Positions 8,401 to 17,787 of a stretch of DNA of 64,000 nucleotides are shown here, piece after piece. Source of the stretch: an uncultured bacterium (GTDB lineage: Bacteria > Oederibacteriota > PGYV01 > CAWJRG01); assembly GCA_963845185.1 (NCBI GenBank), contig CAWJRG010000010.1, positions 64,001-128,000 on the forward strand, in the 5' to 3' direction. Position 1 is the first letter of the stretch. Every line of letters begins with the position of its first letter. Under the pieces are notes generated by a model, which did not search any database, was not told where the DNA came from, and saw only the letters and a program-made list of their open reading frames with translations. A program made the translations under genes and the position numbers.

Positions 8401-10030
8401 CAGACTGTGTCATAAGTCTCCGTCCACAGCTGATTGCCGTAGGTAAATTAAAAAATCTACAAAATATCCTGTTTTATACAAAAAACCTGCGTGGCCCGAT
8501 GTTTCTTGCTATCCAAGCTGCGCAATCAACTCCCTGACACCTACAATGCTTATCATTCGAGCCATATTGAAACAACTTGTGAACAACGCCATCTCAGCTC
8601 TTGCTCCTTCAAGCCCTCGCAGCAGAAACCCGCTTACTCCAAGATTTCTTTTAATATGTCCGAACGGCAACTCTGCTTTCTCTTTTCTCAACTTGAAAAT
8701 ATCCTGCGATTCTTTTGTTTTATATTTTTCTTCAAGCAATATTTTTAGTTCTTCGTTTTTTAGCCTCTTTATCATTCTGCCCTTCGGAGACCGGGTGCAT
8801 ACTCCAAAGTTTTTACATTCTATACAAGCCTTTTCTTCAGTAGACCTATATACTTCAAGATTCTTTTTTTTATCAAAACTATGCCATGTCAATATCTGTC
8901 CTTCGGGACAAGTGTAGGTATCTTTCTCTGAATCGTATTGGAATTTATTTTTCCCAAACGGCCCGATGTCTTTTTTCTCTACCTGTTCCTGAGAAGGTAC
9001 TATTACATTTATGTCTTTGTCGTGTATCTTTTTCATTTCTTCTATGCTGGCATATCCGGCATCCCCACACGCATTTTTGCATTTGTTTTCAACTGTTTTC
9101 GCCGCTTCTTCAATCTGACTCCCGAATTGCTTGCGGTCATTGCTTTCGTTTACTACGTCGCTATGCACTATCAGTCCGTGTCTTTCATCTACCACTATCT
9201 GCCCGTTATATCCCGCATGCGTTCCCTGACGCCCTTTTACTTTCACGCATTCCTTGTCTGTCGTATTTATCGACTTTTTCCCCTCGTTCCTTATTTCTTC
9301 CATTACCTCTTTTATCTTTGCTTTTAATTTCTCTTTGCCTCTTAATTTTTCCTTCATCTTTACCAGTGATTCAGCGCCGCTTTCTTCCTCGTCTATCTTT
9401 TCGCTCTCCTTTATTATCGCTTCTATGTTTTCTTCTATCTTCTTTATCCTTTTTTCACACCGCTCCATTGTCCATGTGTTATTTATCGACGCGTTCGCCC
9501 TTATCTTGCTCCCGTCTACAAATAGCGTGTTTCCTTCTATCAATCCCAGTTTCATACACATCTTTGCGCTTTGTTTCATCACGTTTTTCAACATTTCCCG
9601 GTTGTCTTTTCGAAACCTTGCTATTGTTTTATGATCCGGCTTCAATCCTCCCAGCAGCCACATAAAAGACACATTATGATGCGTCGCTCTTTCCAGTTTT
9701 CTCGAACTTCGTGTCCCGTATGAATATCCGTATACCAGCAATTTTATCATAGCCTCAGGGTCGTATTCCGAATTTCCCATTTGCGTTTCATCTATTACTA
9801 TCCCAAGTTCTTCCATTTTCAACGCCTTTACGAACGCGTCGTACGCCCTTACAGGATCATCTTCCCCTACATATTCTTCTATGCTCTGCGGAAACATTGT
9901 CAACTGACTTCGGTCTCCATATCGGTATGCCATTTTTGTCTCCTTTTCTGATGTGTTTTCTGGAGACATTATACCATTTTTTATCTGTCAAATATCGTTT
10001 CAGACTACAAAAACATTATGACACAGTCTG
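8401..10030 (-). mobile_element. IS1182-family insertion sequence
   Basis: Perfect 15-bp terminal inverted repeats CAGACTGTGTCATAA (8401-8415) and TTATGACACAGTCTG (10016-10030), apparent TAA target duplication, single intact transposase. Confidence 0.93.
8509..9933 (-). CDS. IS1182-family DDE transposase
   Basis: YDPxxMIKLLVYGY..SSRKLE, PDHKTIARFR, VDGSKIRANAS, GDAGY, YTCPEG..C..C..C and AELPFGHIK motifs. AAGGAG RBS before ATG 9933. Confidence 0.95.
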   Translation of the reverse strand: MAYRYGDRSQLTMFPQSIEEYVGEDDPVRAYDAFVKALKMEELGIVIDETQMGNSEYDPEAMIKLLVYGYSYGTRSSRKLERATHHNVSFMWLLGGLKPDHKTIARFRKDNREMLKNVMKQSAKMCMKLGLIEGNTLFVDGSKIRANASINNTWTMERCEKRIKKIEENIEAIIKESEKIDEEESGAESLVKMKEKLRGKEKLKAKIKEVMEEIRNEGKKSINTTDKECVKVKGRQGTHAGYNGQIVVDERHGLIVHSDVVNESNDRKQFGSQIEEAAKTVENKCKNACGDAGYASIEEMKKIHDKDINVIVPSQEQVEKKDIGPFGKNKFQYDSEKDTYTCPEGQILTWHSFDKKKNLEVYRSTEEKACIECKNFGVCTRSPKGRMIKRLKNEELKILLEEKYKTKESQDIFKLRKEKAELPFGHIKRNLGVSGFLLRGLEGARAEMALFTSCFNMARMISIVGVRELIAQLG

Positions 10031-10050
10031 TAAAGCCGTGGTATACATAT

Positions 10051-10079
10051 ATTATATTATTTAAAAATTTATAAATCAA
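10051..10079 (-). promoter_or_regulatory. Host sigma70-type promoter now reading into the IS
   Basis: Minus strand TTGATT-N17-TATAAT just outside the IS end. Confidence 0.55.
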
Positions 10080-10130
10080 TAGGTTTTTTGCCTTTTTATG
10101 CGGCAAACCCTATAAAACCTATTTACTAAC

Positions 10131-10160
10131 ATATCGTTTGTTTTGTCAAACCGTCGCAAA
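10131..10160. repeat. Truncated module A of the stem-loop repeat family
   Basis: atatcgtttgttttgtcaaaccgtc matches the left arms at 11532 and 17680. Confidence 0.65.
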
Positions 10161-10161
10161 T

Positions 10162-10518
10162 TCACAGCGTTTTTATCCATTTCTTGATTTCTTTAATATC
10201 GTGTGAAGCAAAATAATTTGCTCCGCGGTTGGCTGCCACATCCGAAGCGAACCTGTCTATATATTGTTTTTGTTCCCAAACCGCCAGGCAATATTTACTT
10301 CCGCAGGTATTTGCTATTAATTCGGCAAGTTCATACTTGTCAAAAACCGGTATAATGCCTTTTTTTTGCCGTATGTCCAATATTGCCGTGTCCATATGTT
10401 TTTCATCCAGCACTTTTTTTACGAACAAAATATAGGATTTAAATAATTCTTTTTCATATTCAACGTTGCATTTGAATAATACATATCCCTTGCATACTCT
10501 GTAAGTTACATTTTCCAC
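10162..10518 (-). CDS. Hypothetical protein (possibly STAS/SpoIIAA-like fold)
   Basis: 118-aa ORF, GTG start after GAGGGG. ILDIR...F..DVAANRG...F...EIKKWI resembles STAS/SEC14-like small proteins. Confidence 0.65.
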   Translation of the reverse strand: MENVTYRVCKGYVLFKCNVEYEKELFKSYILFVKKVLDEKHMDTAILDIRQKKGIIPVFDKYELAELIANTCGSKYCLAVWEQKQYIDRFASDVAANRGANYFASHDIKEIKKWIKTL

Positions 10519-10649
10519 AACCCCTCACCTTTCTTCATTTTCCATTCTCTATTTGGCATTCATTGCCCATTCTGTATCCGGAATTCGGAATTCGTTATTC
10601 AAAAAATTAAATCTGGAATACTGAGTTTCAAATCCAGAATCCTAAAGAA

Positions 10650-10814
10650 CTATATCCCGTATTTCTTTTTAATGTCTTTTTCCGCTTCGAGCCAGTCTGA
10701 CAGGGCATCGCCGGGCTTTTTATTTGCGATTCTTTTCTTGAAATTTTCCCCTGCGAGCTTGCGGATTTCTTCCTGAAATGCCTCTAAGTTCGGTTTCTTT
10801 TTTTCTTGTGCCAT
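10650..10814 (-). CDS. DUF2934-like small protein (54 aa), paralog 2
   Basis: Not in the ORF track. Manual translation MAQEKKKPNLEAFQEEIRKLAGENFKKRIANKKPGDALSDWLEAEKDIKKKYGI. Confidence 0.8.
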   Translation of the reverse strand: MAQEKKKPNLEAFQEEIRKLAGENFKKRIANKKPGDALSDWLEAEKDIKKKYGI

Positions 10815-10832
10815 TATTCTTCGACCATCCTT

Positions 10833-11213
10833 TCAATGAGAGTTTTTTTTAAATATTTCCTCGACTTTCTCGATAAGCTTTTCAGGCGAAAACGGCTTTA
10901 TTACGTACAAGTCTGCTCCTGATTTAATTCCTATTTCAATGTCCATTGCCATGCCCTTTACGGTCAGTAGTATTACTGGTATTGCAGAAGTAGCTTTGTT
11001 CTTTTTCAGCTGTCTGCAGGCTTCGATGCCATCCATTTCCGGCATCATCACGTCCAGGATGACCATATCAGGTTTTGTCTTTTCCACCTCTGATATTGCC
11101 TGCCTGCCGTTTGCCGCTGTATAAATCTGATACTTGTCCGATAGAATATCCGATAACGTCGAAAGAATGATTGGCTCGTCGTCGGCAATTACGATTTTCT
11201 TTTTATCCGCCAT
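10833..11213 (-). CDS. Single-domain response regulator (REC)
   Basis: IADDE, ILDVMMPEMDG (phospho-acceptor Asp), LLT and KPF motifs. Confidence 0.95.
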   Translation of the reverse strand: MADKKKIVIADDEPIILSTLSDILSDKYQIYTAANGRQAISEVEKTKPDMVILDVMMPEMDGIEACRQLKKNKATSAIPVILLTVKGMAMDIEIGIKSGADLYVIKPFSPEKLIEKVEEIFKKNSH

Positions 11214-11226
11214 TTTTATTTTCTCC

Positions 11227-11403
11227 TTATAAGCTGTATTTCCTTTTTATTTCTTTCTCTGCTTCGAGCCAGTCGGATAAAGCGTCACCCGGTTCGTTGC
11301 CGACAGTTCTTCTGTCATAAATTTTCTGTGCGCGTTTGCGGATTTCGTCCCAGAGTGGTTCAAGAGACGGTTTCTGTTGCGGTTCCTTTGCTTCTTTTAC
11401 CAT
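11227..11403 (-). CDS. DUF2934-like small protein, paralog 1
   Basis: EIRKRAQKIYDRR...GDALSDWLEAEKEI matches the DUF2934 pattern. Start at 11403 or 11409. Confidence 0.8.
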   Translation of the reverse strand: MVKEAKEPQQKPSLEPLWDEIRKRAQKIYDRRTVGNEPGDALSDWLEAEKEIKRKYSL

Positions 11404-11522
11404 TGGCATTCTCCATTTATCCTTACCTTGTACCGGTCTCTTCGCGCCGGTACAGAACAATAAGCTTGGACGATAATAATTTATGTTTTTCTCTCCATAT
11501 TTGCAATCAGTGAGCTTAAGAA

Positions 11523-11691
11523 CCTCCCTTGATATCGTTTGTTTTGTCGAGCCGTCATTATGGCAGTCGAATAGTCCGGTGGACTATTTGACGGGTAGTT
11601 TCCATAAGCTATCATATAAAAGCTACCCAGCAAAACATTACAATATCATGTATCTCAAGTCCGAAGCCACCAGGCTGAAGACAAGCGGTAT
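11523..11691. repeat. Modular stem-loop repeat: module A with module C nested inside, plus module B
   Basis: A arms gatatcgtttgttttg...caaaacattacaatatc interrupted by C (11565-11628, near-identical to 58513-58576). B ends gacaagcggta. Confidence 0.85.
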
Positions 11692-11809
11692 TTATATATA
11701 ATATACATTAAAAGTGAAATTTTTTCAAGTTTTTTTTGTTACACCTTAGGATATACAATAAATTCCCCTATTTTTCTTTATTAAACGGGGTTGAAACCAA
11801 TAGACAGGG

Positions 11810-12802
11810 CTATTTCTTGATTGTAATTATGTGGGCTGCGATAAATAATAAAATCCCTATAAAAAGGAATATATAATAATTTTGTTCGTAATTTTCTATG
11901 GATTTTGTTTTTGTATCGTTTTTTGTCATATTGCTTATGTCTGCCTTAATGTTTTGGAAGGCGTTCGGGTCAATCGCGCTGTAATATTTCCCGCCTGTTA
12001 TTCCCGCTATTTGCTTCAGTTCGGAGTCGTCCATTTTTGTGATAACCACCTGCCCGTTGTATGTTTTATAATACACCCTCCCAAATGCATCCTGACCGTC
12101 CGGCATGGGACCGCCCTGTTCTGTGCCTGCGCCGACCGCGTAAATAGGTATGCCTTCTTTCTGCGCCAGTCGTGCCGCGTCTATCGGCGATATGCCGGAT
12201 AGATTTTCGCCGTCTGTAATAAGAAGCAATACCCGTGATTTCGCGCCTTTATCTATGAGGCGCTGCACGCCTTCTTTTATCGCGTCGCCTATAGCTGTCC
12301 CCTCCTTTGGAAGCATGCCCGGATAAATATTATCAAGTATTAAATCAACTGTTTCGTAATCCAGCGTGAGCGGGCACTGCACAAAAGTGTCTTGCTCAAA
12401 CGCGATTATCCCTATCCTGTCCCCGTCTAAAAGGTTTAAAAAACCCTTAAGCCCCTGCCTGACAATTTCCATCCTGTTTGGCTTCAGGTCCACAGCGAAC
12501 ATGCTCTCGGAAGTGTCGAGGAGCACCATTATATCAATGCCTTTGACTTGCTCGTCGCTCTTTATTGGCGCGCCGTATGGCCTGGCCAGCGCAATGACAA
12601 AAAAAATAAAAGCGACAAAGTAGCATAAATATTTGATTATTGCCCTTGTCCACGAAACGGAAAAAAGAAGTTTTCCCTTTGTCTTGGCGTCCATGAACCT
12701 GTCGTAATTGGCAAGGATTTTATATGCCTTGTAAAAAAAGTACGCGAACAAAGGTACGACAGCTATGAGTAACTTTAATAAATTTTCATTCCCGAAATTC
12801 AC
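11810..12802 (-). CDS. batB: VWA-domain membrane protein, BatB-like
   Basis: ALARP, MIDAS DTSESM, PLTLD, GTAIGDA and LITDGE motifs, N- and C-terminal TM segments. Confidence 0.85.
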   Translation of the reverse strand: MNFGNENLLKLLIAVVPLFAYFFYKAYKILANYDRFMDAKTKGKLLFSVSWTRAIIKYLCYFVAFIFFVIALARPYGAPIKSDEQVKGIDIMVLLDTSESMFAVDLKPNRMEIVRQGLKGFLNLLDGDRIGIIAFEQDTFVQCPLTLDYETVDLILDNIYPGMLPKEGTAIGDAIKEGVQRLIDKGAKSRVLLLITDGENLSGISPIDAARLAQKEGIPIYAVGAGTEQGGPMPDGQDAFGRVYYKTYNGQVVITKMDDSELKQIAGITGGKYYSAIDPNAFQNIKADISNMTKNDTKTKSIENYEQNYYIFLFIGILLFIAAHIITIKK

Positions 12803-13806
12803 GCAATCACCCTCGTATACTTAAAAACCTCCAGAAGTAACGCCAGCGCAAGCAGGATGAAACCCAGCCATAAAAAATATTCAAAATTGTCGATGTATTT
12901 GTTGTATGTCTTTACTTTTATGTCCTGCTTCTGGAGTTTCCCGATGGCGTAGTAAATATCGGCCAAAGCCTTTTCATTAGTAGCCCTGAAGTATTGCCCG
13001 CCTGTTATATCCGCAATTGCTTTTAAGGTCTTTTCATCCGGTTCTTCCCATCTCAGGGGCATGCCGAACTGGTTCACAAGCTGGCCGCGCCTTCCAAAAT
13101 TATCGGTTCCTATCATGGGCGCGCCTCCTTTTTGCCCTATGCCTATGGTGTATATCTTGATATTCTTGTACCCTGCGACTCTCGCCGCTTCCAAAGGCGC
13201 TATCCCCCTGTTATTCACGCCGTCCGTAGCCAAAATTATAACTTTTGAGCCTTTTGAATTTTCCAGACGGTTGACAGAAGTAATTATCGCGTCACCCATT
13301 GCCGTTCCGTCAATGCTTACCGTATGTAAATCCAGCTGGCTTATAAAACTCTTTACTATTTCATAATCCGCCGTCAAAGGGCACTGCGTAAAACTGCTTC
13401 CGGCAAATACTACAAGCCCTACCCTGTCTGTTTTAAGCCCTTCCACGAATTTTTCCGCCACTGCTTTCGCCGCTTCTACCCTGCTTGGCTTCAGGTCCTG
13501 CGCCTGCATGCTTCCTGAAAAGTCGAGCGCCAGTATAATATCAATGCCTTTTATGTTTTCCAGCGACTCTTTTTGTATTTGCTGCGGCCTCAAAACCGCG
13601 GTTATCAGCAGTATCAGGCCAATAATTTTAAGGGCATCAGGCAGGAAAATAAGGAAATTTCCAGCTCTGCTTTTTAATTTATTCAGGGAAATCATGTTTG
13701 AAAAAGCCAGCTTTTTAAACTTGAAATCCCTCAACACCGTAAATACCAGATAGGCAACAACAGCGATTACAAGGTAAGGCAGAAGTTTCTCATTGGCGAA
13801 TCTCAT
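12799..13806 (-). CDS. batA: VWA-domain membrane protein, BatA-like
   Basis: GIDIILALDFSGSM, DRVGLVVF, GTAMGDA, TDGVNNRG and GGQYFRAT motifs. Confidence 0.88.
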   Translation of the reverse strand: MRFANEKLLPYLVIAVVAYLVFTVLRDFKFKKLAFSNMISLNKLKSRAGNFLIFLPDALKIIGLILLITAVLRPQQIQKESLENIKGIDIILALDFSGSMQAQDLKPSRVEAAKAVAEKFVEGLKTDRVGLVVFAGSSFTQCPLTADYEIVKSFISQLDLHTVSIDGTAMGDAIITSVNRLENSKGSKVIILATDGVNNRGIAPLEAARVAGYKNIKIYTIGIGQKGGAPMIGTDNFGRRGQLVNQFGMPLRWEEPDEKTLKAIADITGGQYFRATNEKALADIYYAIGKLQKQDIKVKTYNKYIDNFEYFLWLGFILLALALLLEVFKYTRVIA

Positions 13807-14690
13807 CTTTCAGACCTCCGCCTTTCCCTCATCTTAAAAAAGGTTATAAGGTTATTGATGAAAGGCTCCCCGCAGTTCAATGTTATTGCGTCGATTCCCA
13901 TGGACTTGAATGTTTTGAAAAGGCTGTCGTCTGCCCTTTTTGAATCCTTTTTGAATTTTTCCATTGATTTTTTGTCCGACGTGTCAACCCAGGAAGTGGT
14001 ATTTGTTTCCGGGTCGTAAAATGGGAAGTAACCCATGTCTGGGATTTCCGCATCGCGCCTGTCGCGAAGCACGACCGCGATGACGTCGTTGTGGTATTTC
14101 AATACCTTGAGAGCATTCTGGAAATTTTTGCTGTCGTAAAAATCCGATATCACGAATACCGTGCTGCGTTTTTTCAATATATGGCTCAGGTAAACCAGGG
14201 CATTGCCTATGTCGGTTTTATTGTCCTTTTGTTTGTGATAAAGCACTTCCCTTATTATCCTTAAAACGTGCTTTTTGCCTTTTTTGGCGGCAACGTATTT
14301 TTCTACGCCTGTCGAAAACCCCAGAAATCCAACCCGGTCGTTGTTCATATGTGCGGCAAATCCGAGCGCTGCCACGAATTCGAACATGAGTTCCCTTTTC
14401 AAATATTCGCTCGACCCAAAATCGAGCGAGCCGCTCATGTCAGCCGCGAACATAACCTGCAATTCGCGCTCCTCGATAAATGTTTTTACGTAGGGTATAT
14501 TAGTGCGTGCGGTAACGTTCCAGTCAATGGTCCTCACGTCGTCGCCCTCTGCGTACTCCCGCACCTCGGTAAATTCGATGCCGCGCCCCTTAAAAGAAGA
14601 CAAATATTCTCCCTGGAGCACGGTGTCCACAAGGTGCCGCGTGGTTATTTCGATTCTTTTGATTTTTTTCAGGATGTCTTTTGATATCAT
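13803..14690 (-). CDS. DUF58 domain protein
   Basis: GIEFTEVREYAEGDDVRTIDWNVTAR and FVISDF motifs, next to a MoxR gene. Confidence 0.93.
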   Translation of the reverse strand: MISKDILKKIKRIEITTRHLVDTVLQGEYLSSFKGRGIEFTEVREYAEGDDVRTIDWNVTARTNIPYVKTFIEERELQVMFAADMSGSLDFGSSEYLKRELMFEFVAALGFAAHMNNDRVGFLGFSTGVEKYVAAKKGKKHVLRIIREVLYHKQKDNKTDIGNALVYLSHILKKRSTVFVISDFYDSKNFQNALKVLKYHNDVIAVVLRDRRDAEIPDMGYFPFYDPETNTTSWVDTSDKKSMEKFKKDSKRADDSLFKTFKSMGIDAITLNCGEPFINNLITFFKMRERRRSER

Positions 14691-14800
14691 GGTTTTGTTT
14701 TATGCAGCCGCCTGACTGCCCCGTAAAGCAAAACAAAAATCGTATTGGGTATTATTAGGCAACTCCCGCGGCTGGACTTATTTCCTTTCATCCCGCCGGA

Positions 14801-15784
14801 TCACGGGACTTTTACCTTGTTGACAATCTGCTTTATGACATCGTCGGTTGTTATTTCCTCTGCCTCTGCCTCGTAAGACAGGATTATCCTGTGCCTTAAG
14901 ACGTCGAATATGACTTCCTTTACGTCGTCCGGCGACGCGTAGCCGTTGCCGTTGATGAAAGCATTTGCCTTGGCGGCAAGGATGAGGTTTATCGACGCCC
15001 TCGGCGAGCACCCGTATTCTATTATGTGTCCGAGATCCAGCCTGTAGTCCTGCGGTTTTCTTGTTGCAAACACTATGTCAATCACGTATTGTTTTATTTC
15101 CTTGTCCACGTATATCGAATCTACTATTTTTCTCATGTCAAGGATGTCTTTTGGTTTCAGGATTACGTCGACCGGTATTTCCTCGCCTGTGGTCATCCTG
15201 TTTACTATTTCCAGTTCCTCGACTTTGTCAGGATAATCAATTACTGTCTTCATTAAAAACCTGTCCACCTGCGCCTCGGGCAGTGCATACGTGCCTTCGG
15301 TCTCTATGGGGTTTTGTGTGGCTAGCACTATAAACGGCTCTTCGAGCTTGAATGTTTTTTCTGCTATGGTCACCTGCTTTTCCTGCATGGCTTCCAGCAG
15401 GGCAGACTGCACCTTTGCCGGTGCCCTGTTTATCTCGTCGGCAAGTATTATATTTGCGAATATTGGCCCGAGCGATATGCTGAAATCGCCTGTCCTCGCG
15501 TTGTAGATCCTTGTGCCTGTCAGGTCTGCGGGCAATAAGTCGGGCGTAAATTGTATGCGCGAAAATTTAGCCTGTATTGTCTGCGCAAGGGTTTTCACGC
15601 CCAGGGTTTTTGCAAGCCCGGGCACGCCTTCCAGCAAAACATGCCCCCTGCACAGCAGTCCCATTACAAGCGCGCGAAGCATGCCTTTCTGCCCTACTAT
15701 TACTTTTTCCACTTCATTAAAAACTTCGCTTAGCTTTTCTGATTTTTCTTTGTCTTTCTCCGACAGTTTTACGTTCTTGCTCAT
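14801..15784 (-). CDS. moxR: MoxR-family AAA+ ATPase
   Basis: GVPGLAKT, RIQFTPDLLPAD, DEINRAPAKVQSALLEAM and ATQNPIE motifs. Confidence 0.96.
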   Translation of the reverse strand: MSKNVKLSEKDKEKSEKLSEVFNEVEKVIVGQKGMLRALVMGLLCRGHVLLEGVPGLAKTLGVKTLAQTIQAKFSRIQFTPDLLPADLTGTRIYNARTGDFSISLGPIFANIILADEINRAPAKVQSALLEAMQEKQVTIAEKTFKLEEPFIVLATQNPIETEGTYALPEAQVDRFLMKTVIDYPDKVEELEIVNRMTTGEEIPVDVILKPKDILDMRKIVDSIYVDKEIKQYVIDIVFATRKPQDYRLDLGHIIEYGCSPRASINLILAAKANAFINGNGYASPDDVKEVIFDVLRHRIILSYEAEAEEITTDDVIKQIVNKVKVP

Positions 15785-15899
15785 TTTTTACCTCCGCCAG
15801 TCATAGTATATAAATTGAATTATTTTCCGTTTTATTTTTCACATTTGCGTTATTGTTTAAAAATGCGGTGTGTAGAAACATTGCTTTTATGCCTATATT

Positions 15900-16634
15900 T
15901 TAGTTTTCTATAACTACTATCATCCCCTGCTTGGCATACTTTGAAAGTTCCATGATTTCGATGTTTTTAAGCCTTATGCAGCCTGTCGTCGCGTCGTGCC
16001 CAAGCGCTTTTTCGTCGTTTGTGCCGTGTATGCCTATGGACGATCCTGGCGCGCCGCAGTTTTTTCTGTCTTTTTTTGCTTTTTCGTAATTTTTTTTGTC
16101 GTCTGCGTTTGGGTAATTTATCCTCATAAATACAGGGCCGTAGGCATTCATGCCAAGGTCGTCTTTTGTGCCCCATTTTTTATGCCCGTCAACTGCGCGC
16201 ATCAGGACCTTGTTCATTTTTTCAAGGCTTGCTTTTCCCTCAACATATTCCTTGTAAAGCATGTCGTAAAGCTTCTTTTTTGTTGCGTATTTTTTCGATT
16301 TTTTATCAGCGCTGTTGAGCTCGTCTTTCATGTTTTTCAGGTTCTCCGGCTCTTCGTACTGCCATATCTGCGTTATTTTATAAACTCCCTCGGGCGTCCT
16401 GTTGTCGTTTTCGCATATCTTTTTCCCGTTTTCCATCCCTGTCGCTATCTTGCATTCCATTATATCATCCAAATCGCCGTTAATAAGGTAAAGCTTTTTT
16501 TCACCTTTTTTTATATAGATAATATATTTGTCTTTATTGTTCTCAAAGTATTTTTTCAAAAAAGAAAAATTTTTCGCGTTTATAACCGCAGTCAAAAAAA
16601 CAGCGCAAAGTATCACGCCAAAGATTCTTTTCAT
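15900..16634 (-). CDS. L,D-transpeptidase (YkuD family)
   Basis: Signal peptide, DNRTPEGVY, INYPN and IGIHGT...TTGCIRL catalytic motif. Confidence 0.9.
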   Translation of the reverse strand: MKRIFGVILCAVFLTAVINAKNFSFLKKYFENNKDKYIIYIKKGEKKLYLINGDLDDIMECKIATGMENGKKICENDNRTPEGVYKITQIWQYEEPENLKNMKDELNSADKKSKKYATKKKLYDMLYKEYVEGKASLEKMNKVLMRAVDGHKKWGTKDDLGMNAYGPVFMRINYPNADDKKNYEKAKKDRKNCGAPGSSIGIHGTNDEKALGHDATTGCIRLKNIEIMELSKYAKQGMIVVIEN

Positions 16635-16635
16635 T

Positions 16636-17664
16636 TTAATCAAGCACCTCGATTTTCAAATCAGGCCTTTTGATGATTTCAAATTTCACGCCTGCTTCCC
16701 TGAATAAATCCTCGTACGTTTTGTCGGGATAGTAGCTGCTTGTGACAAACCTCTTTATCTTCGCGTTGACTGCCATCTTTGCGCATATTATACAAGGTGA
16801 ATGTGTGCAATAAATAGTCGCGCCATCGGTGCTGGTCCCGTGCAAAGCTGCCTGTATTATGGCGTTTTGCTCCGCATGTACCGCCCTGCATATTTCATGC
16901 CTTGTACCCGAAGCTATTCCTTCCTGATCGCGCAGGCAGCCCAGATCAATGCAGTCTTTTACGCCTGACGCAGCCCCGTTGTACCCCGAACTTATCAAAT
17001 GGTTGTTTTTCACTATTACAGCTCCCACGTGGTGTCTAAGGCACGTAGACCTTTCTGCAACCAAACATGCCATTTTCATAAAATATTCATCCCAGCTCGG
17101 CCTTGTGTATGGTTTATAATTTAATTCCTTCAATATTGCCTCGATTTTTCCGAAAAGCTCCACGGGCGTGCCGTTGTTTTCTATTTTATAATCTGCCTTT
17201 TCAAGGCAATTTGCGAGTTGTTGCGCCTTGTCGTCTGCAGAATTTTCTTTTTCTTCCTTTTTCTTGAATTCCTCAAGTGTTTCGCCGTCGCCTGGCCTTC
17301 CTCTTTTTTTCGCGCGCTCAAAACGTGTTTTTATGTCTGCCGTAACTCCTATCAGCTTAAAACTTTTCAGGTTCGCGCGCAGTTCCTCGATTTCATAAGG
17401 GTTCCTGATGCTGTCAATCGCGGCCTGGGGCGAATTTTTTATTTTGGTGACCGTCCTTTTAGCCAGCACCTGCGGGCCCTCCTTTTCCCTAAGTTCGTTG
17501 CCTATTGCTATCAGGTTGTCGCGCGTTGGGTCCAGCCCTCTTTTTTTCGCCTCGCCTCTTATGATGTCGGAAAGCGAAAAAGCGATAAATTTCTGCTTTT
17601 CAACAAGGTATTTTATTGCCTCGCCTTTTCCTGATGCGTTTGGTCCTGTGAATCCTAAAAACAT
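16636..17664 (-). CDS. Fusion of a P-loop nucleotide-kinase-like domain and a dCMP deaminase
   Basis: N-terminal GPNASGKG and [10 protein letters not shown]-terminal [24 protein letters not shown] and PCIIC. Confidence 0.92.
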   Translation of the reverse strand: MFLGFTGPNASGKGEAIKYLVEKQKFIAFSLSDIIRGEAKKRGLDPTRDNLIAIGNELREKEGPQVLAKRTVTKIKNSPQAAIDSIRNPYEIEELRANLKSFKLIGVTADIKTRFERAKKRGRPGDGETLEEFKKKEEKENSADDKAQQLANCLEKADYKIENNGTPVELFGKIEAILKELNYKPYTRPSWDEYFMKMACLVAERSTCLRHHVGAVIVKNNHLISSGYNGAASGVKDCIDLGCLRDQEGIASGTRHEICRAVHAEQNAIIQAALHGTSTDGATIYCTHSPCIICAKMAVNAKIKRFVTSSYYPDKTYEDLFREAGVKFEIIKRPDLKIEVLD

Positions 17665-17671
17665 GTTTAGT

Positions 17672-17777
17672 CTCCTTAGATATCGTTTGTTTTGTCAAGC
17701 TTACTGACGCAGACAAAACATTACGCGATCTTATACCCGCTCGAGTCTGAGGCCATCAGGCCGAAGACAAGCGGTAT
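17672..17777. repeat. Modular stem-loop repeat (A+B) abutting the SD of the kinase-dCMP deaminase gene
   Basis: ctccttagatatcgtttgttttgtcaagc...gacaaaacattacg...tacccgctcgagtc...gacaagcggtat; fills nearly the whole intergenic gap. Confidence 0.88.
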
Positions 17778-17787
17778 TAGTAAAAAT

